NCBI GenBank assembly: GCA_964016885.1
Contig: OZ024758.1
Span: forward strand, 22,010,001-22,074,000
Direction: 5' to 3'
DNA length: 64,000 nucleotides
From: Eledone cirrhosa
Lineage: Eukaryota
Part shown: piece after piece, positions 57,861-64,000 of the stretch
Position numbering within the stretch: position 1 is the first letter of the stretch
Layout of the letters: the number at the start of each line of letters is the position of its first letter
Notes under the pieces: model-generated
The model's input: the letters and a program-made list of their open reading frames with translations, nothing else
Databases searched by the model: none
Told to the model about the DNA's origin: nothing
Made by a program: the position numbers and the translations under genes

Positions 57861-58246
57861 TGTTGTCGGGTGTTTTTTACCTGAAGACATTAGGCAACAG
57901 AAATTAATATTACTATTTCTCACTTTATTTTACCATTCCAAGTAGAAAATGAAGTAAAAAAAGGAGATATTTATGCACTTATTTTATTCGTAATATACTA
58001 TTTCGCAGCTTACAAATATAGCTCAGCTGTTCTTTGTATGAAATATCGAACTTCGGGCAAAATATTCAACGAAGACTTTTATCTTCAACAAAAATATTAA
58101 TCGCCCTAAAACCAATCAAACGGATCGTTCCTTTTTCTTTACTGGATGTTGTTATATTTTAAAACACGGTTTTTACTTATCTCATTACACACAGTGTGGG
58201 CTAGAAATATATAAATATATTCTGTAGTAGAGTATGTGTAGAAGGA

Positions 58247-58562
58247 AGGAGGGTACTCCGTCGGTTACAACGACGAGTGTTCCAGTTGTTCCGATCAACG
58301 GAACAACCCAGCCTGTTCGTTAAATTAACGTGCAAGTAGCTGAGCATTCCACAGACACGCGTACCCTTAACGTAGCTCTCAGGGAGATTCAGCGTGACAC
58401 AGACTGTGACAAGGCTGAAGGTTGATCCTTCGAATTACAGGTCAGGTACAACTCATTTTTGCCAGCTGAGCTGACTGGACCAATGTGAAATAAAGTGTCT
58501 TGTTCAAGGACACAACCCGCCGCCGGTAATTGTGAGCACGATACCCTAACCGCAAAGCCAGG
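58247..58562 (-). mobile_element. SINE family B (CORE/V-like tgtccttga.caagacactt block)
   Basis: - strand gttgtgtccttgaacaagacactttatttcacattg; body shared with 55-360. Confidence 0.75.
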
Positions 58563-59461
58563 CACCTTCACTAGTAGAGTATGTAGTATTAAAACAACAC
58601 TTTTAACGGACAAGTAATATATTTACTGAACTAGCTGTCAAGAATGCATTACTTATGCAAATTGGATTATCTCATTTTGTTAAGCCATTAGTGATTGTGA
58701 GTTTATAAATAATGTTTCTACGAACAGATAAAGAGTATACTGTGTTAAATATGGCCACTGATGAAATTCTAACACCGGATTGAAGCTAAGCCGACTAAAA
58801 CCTTTTCGGATTTCTACAAAGGTGTTTTACAACTATATAAACATGTACGTATGTGTGTGTGTGGAATGTATGCGTGTGCATGTAAGTATCTATGTGTATG
58901 TGTATATGTATGTGTGTATGTATGTATGTGTGCGTATGTATGTGTGTGCGTATGTATGTGTGCGTATACATGTAAATTTGTATGTATCTATGGTCCCGTA
59001 ACTCCTGAGAGAGACGTAGGAGCGCCGATTTGACATACAGTGTTTCTAGGACATTTAAAAAAAAACGTGGTGAACCCCCTCTCTTCTCAGGTCAGATTTT
59101 TTTTACAGAGAAGGTAAGAGAGGGAGAGAATTAAAGTGAGATATATATATATAGAGAGAGAGGGGGGAGAAAGAATCGACCTCAGTACTAGACTGGTACT
59201 TTTTTTATCGACCTAGAATGGATGAAAAGCAAACTTAACCTCGGCAGGATTTTAACAGAGAGCTCAAACAAATACCGCAAATCATTCTATCTGACGTTCT
59301 AACGACTCTGCTAATTCGCCGAAGTTAACTTTGCTGTTCATTCTTACGGTGTCATTAAAGTACCAATAAATTACCAGTAACGAACTGGGGTAGATTTAAT
59401 CGAATTTCTACTCCACCCACACCAAATAATCGGTTATTTTGTGCCTAAATCAGAAACCCTT

Positions 59462-59545
59462 ATTTCAGTAGGATGTCGATCTTCTCGATTTTCTTGATGT
59501 TCGACGCCATGACAGTGATGTCGTCTGCGTATCGCAGTACAGCCC
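59462..59545 (-). pseudogene. Decayed LINE RT remnant
   Basis: - strand reads AVLRYADDITVMASNIKKIEKIDILLK*. Confidence 0.55.
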
Positions 59546-60411
59546 TATCCCATACCAAATAGATTAGAGTTTCACTGAAGCCAGGTTTACTATCGACTCT
59601 CTTTTTACAGTGTATCGAATTAGATGGAGAGTGTTTGGAATAAGATTTGCCTGAATCTCAGAAGTCTGCGTGCTACTGACAACACTACCAACATAATAAT
59701 GAAATACTTTGTCTAATAAAACAGTCGTGAAATGAATTTTTAATTTTAATTTCATTCGTATCTTTTGATGCGACAGAATCTGTATAGGCGCTACTTAGTT
59801 GCGTCCCTTTAGTTCTCTGTCTCTATATATACAATTGATGTTAAATTTTATCCTTTCGCAGACGATAAAATAAAGATCATTCAAGCAAATATTTTATACC
59901 TTATCCTCGAAAGTTGAGACGTTTTGCTTATCTTAGAAATTAGTATTATTCTTGTATTTTAATATTTTAATTTAAGTGTCAAATATAGGAGATATTAAGG
60001 GCCGAAGATAGTCGAAATAGGGGACGGAGATAGCAGAAATAAAAAAAAAGGGAGCACATAATTACGTCCCTTTACATTCTCGGTTTAACTCCGCCGAATA
60101 CATCTCCGCTTTTTATTATTTTGCTGTCATTGAAATAAGTACCAGACTCGTATTGGAATTGGTGTAATTGATTTTATCTCTCTTGCGAGAAATGCAATTC
60201 TGTATCTGTTAGAAATCATTCTAATATTTCTAAATACAAATAGAACGTTTAAGCTAATCGGAGTGCTCTCCCTTGAAAAAAGAAAGCAATGATGGTTTGC
60301 GTTAGCAAAATTTCTTTTTAAAAAGATCTCCTATTTCGCAAAATAAACTCCTTTCAGTTATTCTAAAGAATGGTGCTAGTGACCAGCTCGTAAATTTACA
60401 ACGACCCTGTA

Positions 60412-60628
60412 ATAGTTTTTAATTTAGGCGCAAGGCCAAGAATTTGAGGGCGGAGGAAGTCGATTATATCAACCCCAGAGTGTTACTGGTACTCTATGTT
60501 ATCGCTCATGTAATGAGGATGAAAAGCAAAGCTAACCTCGGTGTTATTTGAACTCTGAATCTAAATGGCCATAACTCTATGCCGTAAAGCATGTTACCCG
60601 ACGCTCTACTGATACTGACAATCCACCT
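60412..60628 (-). mobile_element. Diverged SINE family A
   Basis: Reverse complement of the consensus. Confidence 0.8.
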
Positions 60629-60629
60629 C

Positions 60630-60822
60630 TCAAGGACGGGTAAAATTCCCGAGATCCATGGAGAAGTTCTCTCCAGCGGTCTCTGTCCTTCATCATCGCC
60701 GTTATATCCCGTGTCTCCCAGAGCCCAGTGTCTGCCCTTAGGGTATGCACTCAGTGGTCCTGTGGGAGCCCCTACACGGACACACTGGAAGAGGGCTACC
60801 GCGAATGACGTATTTTGCTGCC
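60630..60822 (-). mobile_element. 3' fragment of the same RTE-like LINE as 10031-10290, internally deleted
   Basis: gggtaaaattcccgagatccatgga..agttct.tccagcggtctctgtcc is shared; caatccacct flanks both sides. Confidence 0.8.
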
Positions 60823-60835
60823 CAATCCACCTATA

Positions 60836-62797
60836 ATATAATTGTTTCTACATTTGACACAAGGCCAGCAATTATTCCAGTGCATTACTGGTACTTTATT
60901 TTATCGATCCCGTAAGGATGAAAGGCAAAGTTAACCTCGGCGGGATTTGAACTCAGAACGTAAAGGGCCATAACTCTATGCTGTAAAGCATGGTGTCTGA
61001 CACTCTTCCGATACTGCCAATAATACAATTGTAAAATAAAGTTAACCTCGGCGGGATTTGAACTCAGAACGTAAAGGGCCATAACTCTATGCTGTAAAGC
61101 ATGGTGTCTGACGCTCTTCCGGTACTGACAATAATACAATTGTAAAATAAAGTTAACCTCGGCGGGATTTGAAATCAGAACGTAAAGGGCCATAACTCTA
61201 TGCTGTAAAGCATGGTGTCTGACGCTCTTCCGATACTGCCAATAATACAATTGTAAAATAAAGTTAACCTCGGCGGGATTTGAAATCAGAACGTAAAGGG
61301 CCATAACTCTATGCTGTAAAGCATGGTGTCTGACGCTCTTCCGATACTGCCAATAATACAATTGTAAAATAAAGTTAACCTCGGCGGGATTTGAAATCAG
61401 AACGTAAAGGGCCATAACTCTATGCTGTAAAGCATGGTGTCTGACGCTCTTCCGATACTGCCAATAATACAATTGTAAAATAAAGTTAACCTCGGCGGGA
61501 TTTGAACTCAGAACGTAAAGGGCCATAACTCTATGCTGTAAAGCATGGTGTCTGACGCTCTTCCGGTACTGACAATAATACAATTGTAAAATAAAGTTAA
61601 CCTCGGCGGGATTTGAAATCAGAACGTAAAGGGCCATAACTCTATGCTGTAAAGCATGGTGTCTGACGCTCTTCCGATACTGCCAATAATACAATTGTAA
61701 AATAAAGTTAACCTCGGCGGGATTTGAACTCAGAACGTAAAAGGCCATAACTCTATGCTGTAAAGCATGGTGTCTGACACTCTTCCGATACTGCCAATAA
61801 TACAATTGTAAAATAAAGTTAACCTCGGCGGGATTTGAACTCAGAACGTAAAGGGCCATAACTCTATGCTGTAAAGCATGGTGTCTGACGCTCTTCCGAT
61901 ACTGCCAATAATACAATTGTAAAATAAAGTTAACCTCGGCGGGATTTGAACTCAGAACGTAAAGGGCCATAACTCTATGCTGTAAAGCATGGTGTCTGAC
62001 GCTCTTCCGGTACTGACAATAATACAATTGTAAAATAAAGTTAACCTCGGCGGGATTTGAAATCAGAACGTAAAGGGCCATAACTCTATGCTGTAAAGCA
62101 TGGTGTCTGACGCTCTTCCGGTACTGACAATAATACAATTGTAAAATAAAGTTAACCTCGGCGGGATTTGAAATCAGAACGTAAAGGGCCATAACTCTAT
62201 GCTGTAAAGCATGGTGTCTGACGCTCTTCCGATACTGCCAATAATACAATTGTAAAATAAAGTTAACCTCGGCGGGATTTGAACTCAGAACGTAAAGGGC
62301 CATAACTCTATGCTGTAAAGCATGGTGTCTGACGCTCTTCCGGTACTGACAATAATACAATTGTAAAATAAAGTTAACCTCGGCGGGATTTGAAATCAGA
62401 ACGTAAAGGGCCATAACTCTATGCTGTAAAGCATGGTGTCTGACGCTCTTCCGATACTGCCAATAATACAATTGTAAAATAAAGTTAACCTCGGCGGGAT
62501 TTGAACTCAGAACGTAAAGGGCCATAACTCTATGCTGTAAAGCATGGTGTCTGACGCTCTTCCGGTACTGACAATAATACAATTGTAAAATAAAGTTAAC
62601 CTCGGCGGGATTTGAACTCAGAACGTAAAGGGCCATAACTCTATGCTGTAAAGCATGGTGTCTGACGCTCTTCCGATACTGCCAATAATACAATTGTAAA
62701 ATAAAGTTAACCTCGGCGGGATTTGAACTCAGAACGTAAAGGGCCATAACTCTATGCTGTAAAGCATGGTGTCTGACGCTCTTCCGGTACTGCCAAT
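60836..62797 (-). repeat. SINE A whose tRNA-like head is amplified into 17 tandem 111-bp units
   Basis: aaagttaacctcggcggg recurs every 111 bp from about 60927 to about 62703; the SINE 3' part occurs once at 60836-60926. Confidence 0.95.
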
Positions 62798-62982
62798 AAT
62801 TGTTTCTACTTTAGGCACAAGGCCAGCAAATATCCAGTGCATTACTGGTACTTTATTTTATCGACCCCCGTAAGGATGAAAGGCAAAGTCAACCTCGGCG
62901 GGATTTGAACTCAGATCGTAAAGGGACGTAACTATGCTGGAAAGCATGGCGTCCGACCCTCTACCTATACTGCCAATCCACA
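62797..62982 (-). mobile_element. SINE family A
   Basis: Full-length reverse-complement copy. Confidence 0.9.
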
Positions 62983-63063
62983 ATAATACAATTGTAAAAT
63001 ATTTTTTTTAAATGAATATAACCGTATATGTGTTATGAGCTTACATCTACAATTGTTATTGGC

Positions 63064-63244
63064 ATTGTCAGTATCAGTAGAAGGTCGGACGCCATGCTTT
63101 CCAGCATAGTTACGTCCCTTTACGGACTGAGTTCAAATCCCGCCAAGGTTAACTTTGCCTTTCATCCTTACGGGGTAGATAAAATAAAGTACCAATAATG
63201 CACTGGTTATTTGCTGGCCTTGTGCCAAAAGTAGAAACAAGTTA
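63064..63244 (+). mobile_element. SINE family A
   Basis: Full-length copy, divergent from 62797-62982. Confidence 0.9.
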
Positions 63245-64000
63245 TTTTAAGAAATTCAACTAAGTTATCTCCCTTCAAAAAACAGTAGCCAGGAATTTTG
63301 AAAATTATATTTTTATTCAAAAGCAGTGAATTGTCAGAGTCGTTAAAACGTCGGAAAAAAATACTTTGTGGTATTCGTTTCGGCATTCTGCTCTCTGAGT
63401 TCAAATCCCACCGAGGTCAAATTTGCATTTCATCCATTCGAGGTCGATAAAAAAAGTACCAGTCAAGTACTGAAGATCGATTCTTCCTCTATATCTCTTT
63501 CTCAATCCCACTCTCTCACTTTCTATTCTTCACTAGAAGAAATATGCCGTATTCAGACCTGGAGAAGAGTTGGGCTCAGCCAGGTTTTTAAAAGGTACCC
63601 TGGGTACCCTGTATATCAATACGGCGCCCCTACGACTCCGTTAGGAGTTACGGAACCATGCATGCTTTTGTTCTAAAATAATAATTTTAAGAGAATAAAC
63701 GGTGTAGGGTAGATGTTCCTCCAAACCTTTCCTCGCAGAAAATGTTTGTTGATAGTATTACTTCCTTTCAAGACTTATTTCTCTGTTTATATAGTCAGTT
63801 ATGGTTAAACACAAAACGGTGTTGTCGTGTATTGCCATGTACGGTGTTATTTGGAGAAAGTGACCCGTGATTGAATTATCCTGGCGTATTGATTTCTGCG
63901 TTCGAACAAGGTTTTCTTTTTCTTTTATGGTATTGACTTACAATACACCGGGGGGGGGGGGGGGGGTTATTAATTCACCGGTTACTTTGACCGGTCAACA

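Noticed and set aside
58753-58795. CTGATGA + stem + GAAG hammerhead candidate (similar weak cases near 43345, 44100 and 44851)
   Set aside because: The second core is not GAAA and stems I and III do not pair; at best decayed relics.
60885-62747. 620-aa repeat protein
   Set aside because: Translation of 111-bp SINE-head repeats; no evidence of protein-level selection.

Overview
Repeat-saturated, gene-poor eukaryotic genomic DNA with one 200-N gap (13281-13480). The SINE families and the density of (TA)n/(CA)n suggest a cephalopod, probably Octopus (inference). I could not support any host protein-coding gene; almost all ORFs in the track are translations of micro- or minisatellites. The main coding feature is a young, 5'-truncated Penelope-like retroelement (RT + C-terminal GIY-YIG, probably Naiad-type) at 13522-17546. 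It has a 740-bp inverted terminal arm, a hammerhead-like motif, and sits in (TA)n. Scattered through the window are several unrelated short, non-coding fold-back elements, also in (TA)n. They share the inverted arm + direct arm + short tail architecture and carry minimal hammerhead ribozyme motifs: one has intact-looking cores on both strands, one has a U3-A8 core variant, and three copies keep only the 3' half. Other content includes RTE, Tx1/L1 and R4/Dong LINE fragments, about 20 tRNA-derived SINE copies, a 17 x 111-bp tandem array of SINE Pol III heads, a 42-bp satellite and many minisatellites. All motif calls were made by eye, without folding or database searches.
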